Shown here piece by piece: positions 22,001-30,319 of a stretch of DNA of 64,000 nt. Each line of letters begins with the position of its first letter. The first letter of the stretch is position 1. Location: the IMG/VR virus record IMGVR_UViG_3300042887_002440, positions 1,899 to 65,898 of that record. The stretch is one strand, 5' to 3'. The notes beneath the pieces are model-generated. The model searched no databases, was not told the DNA's origin, and was given only the letters and a program-made list of their open reading frames with translations. This stretch comes from a virus. Lineage: Duplodnaviria; Caudoviricetes. The position numbers and the translations under genes were made by a program.

Positions 22001-22956
22001 TAACTGCTGCTCCATTAATCGGACCAGGAAAAATAAGAGAAGTTTCAAGATGGGCTCCTGATTTTACAGTATCAAGTGCAACAATAAAAGTAGTTAAAAC
22101 AGGAAAAGCTGAAAACCCAAAAGCACAAATTATATCAGTAGATTCAGGTAGCTCAACAAGTCCTGGATCTATTAAACTACAAGTATCTGCAAATTTAACA
22201 TCAGCTTCATATGGTTCCGACACTAAAAGATATAAACAAGGAAATACAACAGTTAGAGTCGAATTAACTAGAGGATCAAATGCTGATTGCTTTTTCTCTA
22301 AACATACAGATATAACATATGAAACTAAACCAAAAGATGACCCAAATCACGGGGAAACGTATTATGGCACGATTCAATCTATAACAAAAGATAAAGCAAT
22401 TTTCGATATTTATTTGCACGGAGGGGCAGGTTCGTCAACAAAAAAAGTTCCTGTTATGTCTACTTATAACATAAAAGGGGTTTATTTAGATCCTACTCCA
22501 GGATTTAAAATTACTGATACTATTGAACAATATACAGAAGTTAGAACGTTTAGAACTGATAATTATGTCCAACAAGGCGAAGTATTAAAAACTACGGAAA
22601 TTTTAGACCAGAGTTTTGAGTATATTCCATCAAAAACGACTACTGATGATTTCCACAGAAAAGCTGTATATGATGCAGTACATATGGTTGTTAATGGAAA
22701 GTCCTATCCCGTTAGCCCATATCCAGATGATATAGAAAGTACATATACAAGTTATTCTCCAACGCAAGCTGATGTGACGAGAAAACAAGAATTACGAGAT
22801 TACTATACTAAACAAATAACAACAATAACTGAGTTTAAAAGCAAAATAGATACAAAAAATAGCAAAACTTCTCCAGATCCGTTATTAGCTGCTGCGAGTG
22901 CGTATCAACAAGATTTGATAAATTCGTTTCAAGCAAAAATAAATAGTATAGTATAA
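16087..22956 (+). CDS. Large virion structural protein, VrlC/DUF4815-like N-terminal part, with carbohydrate-binding and Ig-like inserts
   Basis: NFNV.PYYDDF...KNFHRILFKPG.AVQARELTQ.Q, APG.DRY, DFRP, RYTM.DIG.LE.RI.N.EYYT.L and KNGF.VD.F motifs. Confidence 0.8.
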   Translation: MLNFNVHPYYDDFNEDKNFHRILFKPGVAVQARELTQAQTILQDQIGKLGKFVLSDGSNVTGGKYSIDTNVRSLNIANVGTIADDILNFDGMVVVGENSLSVSLIVSVDILNFYLVVKPITNAVSKYQSGETLLIFSTKELAYDYLTNNLIQPDYTATLFTEPTPFSVSLSGTRYSTILTGVPVSVKVGDTLSANYNTATQTDYIVTEKLADTNGSVIVNRQLTEDYVSKTFTVLQYASKTVQEVSFSEGVYFTNNTFVKALPQSIVPNSATQYPSCVVGYEVVETILDYVDDPSLLDPAQGSYNYTAPGSDRYKIYLNLVSKPLVYGTIEQSSLTTAKFIELLRLKNGVIVSDNTSPVLGGLQEILAKQMYDHAGNFIISPFTISFNNSDFRNNETMLNCSVAAGRAYVYGYPYNATFPTNLTNITKARETASESNVITNTNYGNFIKVKSLSGGLPYPKLGTKVEFFANTKTQISDAGKLGFGYIRNMDFIDTDNYGLYLYDSSISQKEMLKIKSVKAVGGFLANTILSTTGTTEVQDTNSNKLLFKLKYSNPASLSNVLVTLDSFVQDLQVTTNKAYIITDSPTINFATGTSTDLSLELKNQNYIVVAKTAVDGYTVGQYIDLSHVKIKIEDITTGYKTTIEFLTGYEYSGKIDVKYSLSYTNATKKQKTLVQNKVAQVTAKTVPTNIGYADVVKFKGIFAASTPVTSFSSSAWNSSTSYTKGTVVPFSEKLYIAVSDNTGQDPSRGSSYWNQLNDVTKQYKTDNGQREYMYDHATITAQTSNFAKTVFVLFDYFTHSENGQYIAFDSYSMDYKDIPVVKINNISYELKNYIDFRPRKKDITNNVITGEFNSYNIPSSITNSSLKYNMTYYMGRIDKLILSHDRKLQWLTGKSSYRNYIPPRDLPDAMTIATIQFDPFTPDLKSIKINYEKHRRYTMDDIGGLEERIQNVEYYTALTIGEKSALSTNIIDQYGTRLKNGFIVDSFTNFTICDIQNRNNTFSIDLDKNEATASFKDKTFNLTTSVSSSGLLDLRRNKLVGFTYEQVPLVTQTAATSYIKINQFNAISYLGSMELDPQKDIYTDVVSTVNKIDENTTAFMNASEIPGILLDSTGLLRQETSKIYSVTDNSQPATKVNINNDTYTITASTKKLREDTAEVALTTNIHPTTRSIHINFLASGLAPLTKMFVYVNGQMVNAYVTPHENPKGAITTLNILDKGAGYGACTSPTLVISNDTSNNPATFKLTTDSGSIKTASIVNFGSDYSTMNTIISSVSSSVVPTANADVQVSTVPVQGSYLYSNRSGICGGTLDLPNGLISFQKGELVIAISDTPHGDLQNSLAYAHATFYSSTKYVEKTIFSIREPVISKAVGTIQPPLPSSGKRICVPASLQYLIYHYGKTYASDVQNGTLKIPVYLSALPTSDVTVRFLPNASEDKSQASAITSYSPTTLTFTGSNWNAPQEVSIAYNLGTRKEYTDRNNVKQYLDNNLPSYVEFYSESADPAYNHPDTALPFRSWLLPSPVIGVSSVHLSPYKVYDPKAGPSAATSPFVDITTIDQAFPVVGGEGFITVTYGGGNDIGWWSQTANNPYPLTFSFTTDSSPAKVEAIRSEYTDVDSNVVKSGPILIVNKPDHQVLSFKFYVRGLVEGTTNITVSTISAYAPWNGLSKTVSVTVGAALTTATPDIVVHNNVIASTKEGLQVSAPRVTNSKGGTNIIGVTLSTQPASAVSIKANSSIILNGGNIYNVSNNGVELVSGNTISFSTSDWNQMKSIVVTGTNDPTNFDKQNTIPYNVYLKATSSDGNYNNKTKSVELTNIDYIDIAGEVKVSYVSKNNAKLITSKETKVVTLQFILSRKLNFGQVVKVFVTSGNTTEGGNVLFGGSVATSVTLTFTYGTEFIPQFVQVQGIDIEGSTEGDINYKINYESQEWNTVTNAKLVPSEWNGTGSIDATNHKYGTPTTIKEVYNDFSTRTVTAAPLIGPGKIREVSRWAPDFTVSSATIKVVKTGKAENPKAQIISVDSGSSTSPGSIKLQVSANLTSASYGSDTKRYKQGNTTVRVELTRGSNADCFFSKHTDITYETKPKDDPNHGETYYGTIQSITKDKAIFDIYLHGGAGSSTKKVPVMSTYNIKGVYLDPTPGFKITDTIEQYTEVRTFRTDNYVQQGEVLKTTEILDQSFEYIPSKTTTDDFHRKAVYDAVHMVVNGKSYPVSPYPDDIESTYTSYSPTQADVTRKQELRDYYTKQITTITEFKSKIDTKNSKTSPDPLLAAASAYQQDLINSFQAKINSIV

Positions 22957-22980
22957 TACAAGGAATAAAAAGGTTTTCTT

Positions 22981-24522
22981 ATGACAAAAGATGAAATTAG
23001 AAGTAAAGTTCAATTAAAATTTACAAATTCAGAATATATAAAACGAAGAACGTTACCAGATGGTGCACCATCTGGTACGCCTAAATTTAGACCAGAAGAA
23101 GTTGAATATTGGACAACATTAATTAGTAATTCAAATTGGGATATGAGCACAGGTTCTACGTTATTTGATACTGAATTTGACAAAACCTATAGCATAGATC
23201 ATTCAAAATCTGCTCTAACAATACCGCAAAACAATTATATTGGACAGACATTTTATATACCGAAAAAGGGTAATGAATATGGTATCTATATATCTTCTAT
23301 TGCAGTGTTCACCGCTATTGAAGACGAATCGGCAACGCTTACTCTTGATATTAGACCATTAGTTAATGGTATTCCATCAGATGCGCTCCCATTAGGGTCA
23401 ACAACTGTACAACCATTACCCAATATATTAGTTACTGCTGCAGAAAGAAAAATTTGGGATCCAGCACCATTAACCAATCCTTCAGACCAATTGTCAAAAA
23501 GAGAGTTTGAATTTGAATATCCAGTATATTTGTCATCTGGAGGACCTGGTGCTGAAGGCGCGTATTATTGTTTTACATTAACAACAAATTCTAAAAATTA
23601 TGAAGTTTATATTAGCGAAAGCGGAAAACCTACTCTTGTATCAGGAAATATACTTTCTAATCCGTATTTGGGGGACTTTATTTATTCTAGTCAAGGAGAA
23701 TCTTGGGTTATTGACCCAACAAAAGATTTATGCTTTGAAATAAATAGAGCAGAATTTGCAGTTGGAACAGAATCAATAACATTTAATATACCAAAACAAG
23801 ATGTTGATTTTCCATATGACGAATTAAATTTAAACGTCACAACATCACAAATCAATGAAATTGCATATATTAGTAATTCAACAGCCAGCGTTAATAAATT
23901 TAACACTGATGTTATGACAACAATTCAAACTCCAATTAATTCTAGAGTAATATCCCCATACACATCATCATTAAACATTACTGACGGATTAACGTTTACG
24001 GTTGAGCTAACAAATACTAATTCAAAAGTAACTCCTACAATCGATACGCGTGCTGGTGTTACATTAACTAGAAATTATATTGATCCATATTCTACTGAAA
24101 TATCTGATGCAGAATTGTTGCCTCCATCAAAAAATGGTATAGAAGCTTTTGCCAAATATATGACCAGACCTGTTGTATTAAATGAAGGATTTGATGCTGA
24201 TGGTATTACAGTTTACGTTGATGTTAATAAACCAATTGGAACTGAAATTGAAATTTTCTATAGAATTTTAAACAGATATGATGCAAGCGTTGCATTTTCG
24301 GATTCTCGTTGGTATAGAATGACGAAAAAAACAACTGAAACTCCTGCACTTTTATCTGATGAATATGCGCAAGAAACATACGAAGATTTAAATATTGTAT
24401 ATTATTCGGGTGGAGCTGAATATAATACATTTAATCAACTTGCAATCAAAGTAGTATTCTATTCAGATAATTCAACAGTAATTCCTACTATTAAAAATCT
24501 AAGAGCTATCGCTACAGTATAA
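22981..24522 (+). CDS. Virion structural protein matching the C-terminal part of VrlC-like proteins
   Basis: GQTFY, F.F.YPVYL, SQ...W......DL.F...RA.F and terminal P.IKNLRAIA motifs. Confidence 0.7.
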   Translation: MTKDEIRSKVQLKFTNSEYIKRRTLPDGAPSGTPKFRPEEVEYWTTLISNSNWDMSTGSTLFDTEFDKTYSIDHSKSALTIPQNNYIGQTFYIPKKGNEYGIYISSIAVFTAIEDESATLTLDIRPLVNGIPSDALPLGSTTVQPLPNILVTAAERKIWDPAPLTNPSDQLSKREFEFEYPVYLSSGGPGAEGAYYCFTLTTNSKNYEVYISESGKPTLVSGNILSNPYLGDFIYSSQGESWVIDPTKDLCFEINRAEFAVGTESITFNIPKQDVDFPYDELNLNVTTSQINEIAYISNSTASVNKFNTDVMTTIQTPINSRVISPYTSSLNITDGLTFTVELTNTNSKVTPTIDTRAGVTLTRNYIDPYSTEISDAELLPPSKNGIEAFAKYMTRPVVLNEGFDADGITVYVDVNKPIGTEIEIFYRILNRYDASVAFSDSRWYRMTKKTTETPALLSDEYAQETYEDLNIVYYSGGAEYNTFNQLAIKVVFYSDNSTVIPTIKNLRAIATV

Positions 24523-24758
24523 TGGAAAAGTTAAAAATTGAAAATGTAGAAGGCTGGGTTAAAGATCCAGCCTCTAAAGCTATATTAAATACAGATTTAT
24601 CTTCTTTAGAACAGTATAAAATAAATAGAAGAAAAAATATGCTAATAAATAATATGGAAGAAGATCTAACTAATGTCAAAACTGAATTGGAAGAATTAAA
24701 AACAGACATTAAAGATATTAAAAATATTTTACTACAATTTATAAAACCTAATTTATAA
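24522..24758 (+). CDS. Small coiled-coil hypothetical protein
   Basis: 78 aa; VKDP.SKAILN.D then heptad repeat; translationally coupled to the upstream gene. Confidence 0.75.
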   Translation: MEKLKIENVEGWVKDPASKAILNTDLSSLEQYKINRRKNMLINNMEEDLTNVKTELEELKTDIKDIKNILLQFIKPNL

Positions 24759-24761
24759 ATA
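24754..24761 (+). promoter_or_regulatory. T4-type late promoter
   Basis: TATAAATA about 30 nt upstream of the fibre gene. Confidence 0.75.
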
Positions 24762-24793
24762 TAGGTAAAAAAATTATTTAAAGGGAATTACAA

Positions 24794-27700
24794 GTGGCCA
24801 TATCTCAGATTACATATTCTAATACATTTTCTCATTGGTTAGTTTCCACTAATCAACTAGTAACAGAAGTCAATACTTTAAAATATGGAGACTACGAAAA
24901 AGTTAGTGGAACACTATCTATTAATTCTCCTAATATTGGACTATATGTTGCTAATTCAGCATTATTTGCTGGTAACGTTACAATTAATGGCGCGGCAAAT
25001 AGAACAGTAGAAATTTCTCTACCAGTTAATATTTACAACACCGTTAACATTAGTTCTGCCGTGAGTATTAATGCTAACGGTGCAATAAAATCTAATACAA
25101 CAATTTCTTCTGTTAATACATTTTCAAGATATACTACAGTAAATAATCAACTTACTGTTGCAAATTCTACAATACTAACTGGAAATGTTAGTATTACAGG
25201 TAACACAATTTCAACAGGAAATTCTTCATTTATTGGAAATGTAGCAGTTTTCGGATTAACAAATATTACAGGTAATACAAATATCGCTGGTAATATACGT
25301 TTATCTGGAAATACAATTTCAACAGGTAATACAAATATATCTGGTAATACTTTAGTCACAGGAAATACTAAAGTAATAGGAAATACTATCATTATTGGTG
25401 ATACTATAGTAACAGGTAATTCTCAAGTATCTGGTAATACAATAGTAACAGGTAATACAAATATTGCTGGTAATACCAATGTATCAGGAAATACCATTAT
25501 TGTAGGGAATACAATAGTAAACGGAAATACTGGAATAAATGGAATTATTGCAATTTCAGGAGATACTGCAGTATCGGGAAATAATAGATTATCTGGAAAT
25601 ACAATTTCAACAGGAAATACAAATATTTCAGGAAATACAAATATTGCTGGTAATACTTTAGTATCAGGAAACACTATAATAATCGGAAGTACAGATATTT
25701 CTGGCTCCACTGACGTATCCGGAAATACAACCATATCTGGTAATACTGCAGTATCGGGAATAACTTTTGTATCAGGCAACACTTTTGTTACCGGCAACAC
25801 TTTTGTAGCAGGAAATACAAATATATCAGGAATAGCGTTTGTATCTGGTAACACTTTTGTTACTGGTAATACAAATATATCGGGAAATACTGTAGTATCA
25901 GGAATAGCGTTTGTATCTGGTAATACTTTTGTTACTGGCAACACTGTTGTTACTGGAAATACCTCTTTTTCCGGTAATACAAATATATCTGGGAATAATA
26001 ACATTTCTGGCACAACAGTTGCAACAGGAAATACCTTTATTTCTGGTAACACCCAATTATCCGGAAATACAATTTCAACAGGTAATACAAATATATCTGG
26101 GAATAATAACATTTCTGGCACAACAGTTGCAACAGGTAATACCTCTTTTTCTGGTAATACACAATTATCTGGTAATACGTTTATTTCTGGATATAATAGA
26201 TTATCTGGTAATACAGTTGCAACAGGAAATACAAATATTTCTGGCAATACTGCTGTAACAGGAAATACACAATTATCTGGTAATACAATAGTAACTGGAG
26301 TTACAAATTTATCTGGAACATTTGTCTTATCTGGTAACACAAATGTTTCTGGAAATGTTGTATTTTATAATACAATATATTCAAATCCAAGCGAAAAGGT
26401 TTCTATTAGCGCTAATGGATCTATTGTAAGTAATACAGTAATTTCTTCTTCGAATATATTTACAAGTTCTTTTCAAGCAAATTCTAACGTATTCATCAAT
26501 ACAACTAATGCATTAATTAAAAATTTAGATAACTCATATTATCCAATAATATCAACTAAAGATTTAAATGATGTAAATACTGCAATAAGAAGCGATCTTG
26601 CTAATACAAATGTGTCTCTTAATGCATTTTCAGGATTTGCAAATTCTACGTTCATATCGTATTCAAATAACAAAGAATCTTTAATTACTATTCCACAAGT
26701 AAGCGCTAATACATTAACAGTAAAAACTTTACAGGTTCTTGGCGGTATTACCAATTTCGGTTCTACAACATCAGACTCAAATGAATATTTGTTTCAAGCA
26801 AATACTGGTTCTACTGTATCTCCAGATACTAATATTATTGTAAATAGATCAGCAAATACTTTATATACTGGAGCTAATGCTGTACTTAGATGGTATAATG
26901 CAGGAAAAGAATGGCAAGTAAGAGATGTTGATAGCCCAACAACATTTTATAAAATTACCACAAAAAATGAATTAGATGGCGCGAATACATTTTTAAGTAA
27001 TCTGATTAATAATAAATTTACTAACCCAGTAACTTTTAGTAATTCAGCTTCTTTTGCCGGAGACGTTACGGTTGGCGGAAATTTAACAATTAATGGTACA
27101 ACGACTACAATAAATACCAATATTTTATCTGTTGATGATAAAAATATAACGTTGGCTGATGTTGCTAGCAAAAATATTACGCTTACTGTTTTATCTACTT
27201 CTAATGGAGTTATGACAACAACCAGTACTTCTGGGTTAATACCTGGAATGACTATTGGAAAAGATAGTGGTACGGGTAATCCTACACAAGGGGCATATAT
27301 AATTTCAGTTGATTCTGCAACACAAATTACTGCAAATGGTAACAATCTTACTGTAGGTTCATTTGCAGCTATTATTGGTGGTGTGACAGATGTTACTGCA
27401 AATGGTGGCGGAATAACAATTAAAGGTACTGTAGATAAAACTTTTAATTGGGCTAGTATTGCAGGTTTATCAGCATGGACTAGTTCTGAGAACTTGGCAT
27501 TAACAAATGGTAAGTTTGTTATATTTAATGGATCAACTTCAGGTAATACAGTAGTTCAATCAAATGCTTATGCAAATAATGCAGTATTAACGTTATCTAA
27601 CAACACAGGAACATTAATTTCTACAGGTGATAATTCTGTTATTACTTTTGCAATGATGTCAACAAAAACCGGAACTGGTAATACAGTATTTTCTAATAGC

Positions 27701-28678
27701 GCAAACATACTTTCTCCGAATTTTATTGCTCCTATTAGTATTGCTCCATTTACTGTCGTGTCGAATACAGTTGTAGCTAATCTTAATAGTGATCTATTAG
27801 ATGGACAACAAGGAACGTATTATATTAACTTAACTGGTAATGCACACGATAGAGCAAACACTGGAGTAACAGTTGCCACTGCTGCATTTACTCAAGCTAA
27901 TACTGGAGTAACAGTTTCTACTGCTGGATTTACTCAAGCTAATACTGGAACGACAATTGCTACATCTGCATTTACTCAAGCTAATACTGGAACGACAATT
28001 GCTACATCTGCATTTACTCAAGCTAATACTGGGGTATCAATTGCTACATCTGCGTTTACTCAAGCTAATACTGGAGTAACAATTGCTAATGCTGCATTTG
28101 TTCAAGCCAATACTGGAGTAACAATTGCTAATGCTGCATTTGTTCAAGCCAATACTGGAACGACAATTGCTACATCTGCGTTTACTCAAGCTAATACTGG
28201 AGTAACAATTGCTACATCTGCGTTTACTCAAGCTAATACTGGAGTAACAATTGCTACTGCAGCGTTTTCGAGAGCAAATACAGAAACCATCGGACAAGCA
28301 GCATTTGGAGTTGCTAACACTGGCGTTACAATAGGACAAGCAGCATTTGGAGTTGCTAACACTGGAGTAACTATAGGTCAAGCAGCATTTTCTAGAGCAA
28401 ATACCGAAACGATAGGTCAAGCTGCATTTGTTCAAGCTAACTCCGCATACAATCAAGCTAACTCCGCATACAATCAAGCTAATACTGCAAATAATATTGT
28501 AGCAGGAACTGCAAAACAAATTCCATACCAATTAGGACCAAGCGTAACTTCATTTATAAACGCGCCAAATGTACCTAGTTATTTGTATTATGATGGAACA
28601 AATTATTCTTGGGTTACAGCTTCAGATATTGTTAATGCTGGTGGTGGTAATGGTCAATATGAATACCCATTAATTTAA
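24794..28678 (+). CDS. Repeat-rich tail/neck fibre-like structural protein
   Basis: GTG start; N-terminal NTFSHW...TN fibre-attachment-like motif; xxxxGN hexapeptide array; GNLTINGTTTTINT..L.V.DKNI segment; 14-aa repeat array; sits just before gp13 (wac position). Confidence 0.75.
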   Translation: MAISQITYSNTFSHWLVSTNQLVTEVNTLKYGDYEKVSGTLSINSPNIGLYVANSALFAGNVTINGAANRTVEISLPVNIYNTVNISSAVSINANGAIKSNTTISSVNTFSRYTTVNNQLTVANSTILTGNVSITGNTISTGNSSFIGNVAVFGLTNITGNTNIAGNIRLSGNTISTGNTNISGNTLVTGNTKVIGNTIIIGDTIVTGNSQVSGNTIVTGNTNIAGNTNVSGNTIIVGNTIVNGNTGINGIIAISGDTAVSGNNRLSGNTISTGNTNISGNTNIAGNTLVSGNTIIIGSTDISGSTDVSGNTTISGNTAVSGITFVSGNTFVTGNTFVAGNTNISGIAFVSGNTFVTGNTNISGNTVVSGIAFVSGNTFVTGNTVVTGNTSFSGNTNISGNNNISGTTVATGNTFISGNTQLSGNTISTGNTNISGNNNISGTTVATGNTSFSGNTQLSGNTFISGYNRLSGNTVATGNTNISGNTAVTGNTQLSGNTIVTGVTNLSGTFVLSGNTNVSGNVVFYNTIYSNPSEKVSISANGSIVSNTVISSSNIFTSSFQANSNVFINTTNALIKNLDNSYYPIISTKDLNDVNTAIRSDLANTNVSLNAFSGFANSTFISYSNNKESLITIPQVSANTLTVKTLQVLGGITNFGSTTSDSNEYLFQANTGSTVSPDTNIIVNRSANTLYTGANAVLRWYNAGKEWQVRDVDSPTTFYKITTKNELDGANTFLSNLINNKFTNPVTFSNSASFAGDVTVGGNLTINGTTTTINTNILSVDDKNITLADVASKNITLTVLSTSNGVMTTTSTSGLIPGMTIGKDSGTGNPTQGAYIISVDSATQITANGNNLTVGSFAAIIGGVTDVTANGGGITIKGTVDKTFNWASIAGLSAWTSSENLALTNGKFVIFNGSTSGNTVVQSNAYANNAVLTLSNNTGTLISTGDNSVITFAMMSTKTGTGNTVFSNSANILSPNFIAPISIAPFTVVSNTVVANLNSDLLDGQQGTYYINLTGNAHDRANTGVTVATAAFTQANTGVTVSTAGFTQANTGTTIATSAFTQANTGTTIATSAFTQANTGVSIATSAFTQANTGVTIANAAFVQANTGVTIANAAFVQANTGTTIATSAFTQANTGVTIATSAFTQANTGVTIATAAFSRANTETIGQAAFGVANTGVTIGQAAFGVANTGVTIGQAAFSRANTETIGQAAFVQANSAYNQANSAYNQANTANNIVAGTAKQIPYQLGPSVTSFINAPNVPSYLYYDGTNYSWVTASDIVNAGGGNGQYEYPLI
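25180..26355 (+). repeat. Degenerate 18-nt coding repeat array (T-x-I/V-S/T-G-N)
   Basis: Dozens of TNISGN/TFVTGN/TIVTGN-like units in the translation. Confidence 0.9.
27854..28490 (+). repeat. 42-nt tandem coding repeats (ANTGVTIATSAFTQ, 14 aa)
   Basis: Near-identical units such as CAAGCTAATACTGGAACGACAATTGCTACATCTGCATTTACT, followed by shorter 7-aa ANSAYNQ units. Confidence 0.92.
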
Positions 28679-28691
28679 AGGAATTACTTAA

Positions 28692-29438
28692 ATGGCTCAA
28701 GTTACAACAAGAGATGAATTAAAAGATTATGCTCTAAGAAGATTAGGTGCTCCAGTAATAAAGATTAATGTTGATGATGACCAATTGGAAGATAGAATTG
28801 ATGATGCACTTCAATTCTATCAAGATTATCATTTTGATGCAACTGAATCTTTTTACTGGGTTCATACAATAACACAAGAAGATATTAATCAAAGATATTT
28901 TAAAATAGATCCAGGAATCTTAGGTATTACTAAGATTTTTCCATTAAATGATACTATTACAAAAAATAATATGTTTGATTTAAGGTATCAACTTCGTTTG
29001 CATGAATTATATGATTTTACATCAACATCATATACTAATTTTTCTATTACTATGCAACATCTACAAAACCTAAGCGAAATGTTTACTGGAGATGTTCCAA
29101 TTAGATTTCAAAGACATACACATAGATTATATCCGGATTGGGGATGGGGTTCATTACAAGCTCCATTAGGTATGACTGTTGTTGCTGAAGGTTATAAAGC
29201 AATTGATCCAGAAACATTTGAAAGTGTATATAATGACCGTTGGTTAAAAGAATATGTTACTTCTTTGTTTAAACGTCAATGGGGGGATAATATGAAAAAA
29301 TTTGGAGGTATTCAACTTCCAGGTGGGTTAACTCTTAATGGAAAAGAAACCTTTGATGAAGCTATGTCAGAAATACAAAGATTAGAAACAGAAATGGCAG
29401 ATAAGTATGAATTACCTCCTGCGTTTTTGGTTGGATAA
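28692..29438 (+). CDS. gp13: Neck protein gp13
   Basis: LKDYALRRLGAPVI.INV..DQ..DRI and KRQWG.N..KF.G.QLPGG..LNG motifs. Confidence 0.95.
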   Translation: MAQVTTRDELKDYALRRLGAPVIKINVDDDQLEDRIDDALQFYQDYHFDATESFYWVHTITQEDINQRYFKIDPGILGITKIFPLNDTITKNNMFDLRYQLRLHELYDFTSTSYTNFSITMQHLQNLSEMFTGDVPIRFQRHTHRLYPDWGWGSLQAPLGMTVVAEGYKAIDPETFESVYNDRWLKEYVTSLFKRQWGDNMKKFGGIQLPGGLTLNGKETFDEAMSEIQRLETEMADKYELPPAFLVG

Positions 29439-29443
29439 AATTT

Positions 29444-30310
29444 ATGCCTAGCAAATATTTTCAAAATTATGGTAAACCTGCAGTCGAGATTAATTTAATC
29501 GAGGATCTCTATAACGAGGCGATAAACATACAAGGCTTCAGTGGGTACTATATTCCAAATACCAACGTCCAAGGGCGAGATTTGATATATGGAGATGACC
29601 CTTTAAAGCATTTCGATGATGCTTATAAATTAGACATGTATTTAGTCAATACCATGGATTATGGTGATGAACAAGACTTCTTTTCTAAATTTGGATTAGA
29701 AGTAAGAAATCAAACCAAAATACAGTTCTCATTTAAAGAATTTATGAAGAGAACAAATAATCAGTTTGAAGTTCCAAAAGAAGGTAATTTAATTTTTATA
29801 CCTTTTATGAAAGATTCTGGGGAATTATTTGAAATTAAGTTTGTTAACACATCAAAAGATTTATACACTTTAGGAAGAATTAGACCATTTTATTATGAGT
29901 TATCTCTTGAACCATTCAAATATAACGATGAAAGCCTTGATACTGGTATTGAAGGTATTGATATGATTGAATTACTTGAAGCATCAAAATCAATTCTTGA
30001 CGTACAAGATGGAACTGGCGATTATATTGTTGGGGAAACTATATATCAAGGTGATGCAAATAATCATACTGCACACGCTGAAGTTGCTGCATGGGATAAA
30101 GCAAATTCAATATTAACTATAATGAATGTTAATGGATTATTCTCAAATACTTCTGCATTACATATAACAGGAGCAACTAGCAATTCAAATTATTCGTTAA
30201 CAGTTGTTGATAATAAAGTACGAGAATCACAATTCGATAATTTACCAATCTTTGATGAAGTATCTGGATTTATTGATACTTCTGATGGTTACGGTAGCCT
30301 AAGATATTAA
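29444..30310 (+). CDS. gp14: Neck protein gp14
   Basis: E.I...G...YYIP, FFSKFGLEV, PKEG.LI..P and F.YNDE..DTG motifs. Confidence 0.92.
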   Translation: MPSKYFQNYGKPAVEINLIEDLYNEAINIQGFSGYYIPNTNVQGRDLIYGDDPLKHFDDAYKLDMYLVNTMDYGDEQDFFSKFGLEVRNQTKIQFSFKEFMKRTNNQFEVPKEGNLIFIPFMKDSGELFEIKFVNTSKDLYTLGRIRPFYYELSLEPFKYNDESLDTGIEGIDMIELLEASKSILDVQDGTGDYIVGETIYQGDANNHTAHAEVAAWDKANSILTIMNVNGLFSNTSALHITGATSNSNYSLTVVDNKVRESQFDNLPIFDEVSGFIDTSDGYGSLRY

Positions 30311-30319
30311 AGGTAAAAT

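Noticed and set aside
27854-28490. Possible CRISPR array
   Set aside because: Repeats are contiguous, in frame (42 nt), have no unique spacers, and no cas genes are present.
25147-28531. Minus-strand and alternate-frame ORFs in the fibre gene (e.g. 25423-26340, Cys-rich 28037-28531)
   Set aside because: Open only because the sense strand is a low-complexity repeat; the periodic Cys/Pro patterns mirror the sense repeats.
16087-28678. Diversity-generating retroelement acting on fibre genes
   Set aside because: No reverse transcriptase and no template/variable repeat pair noticed in this window.
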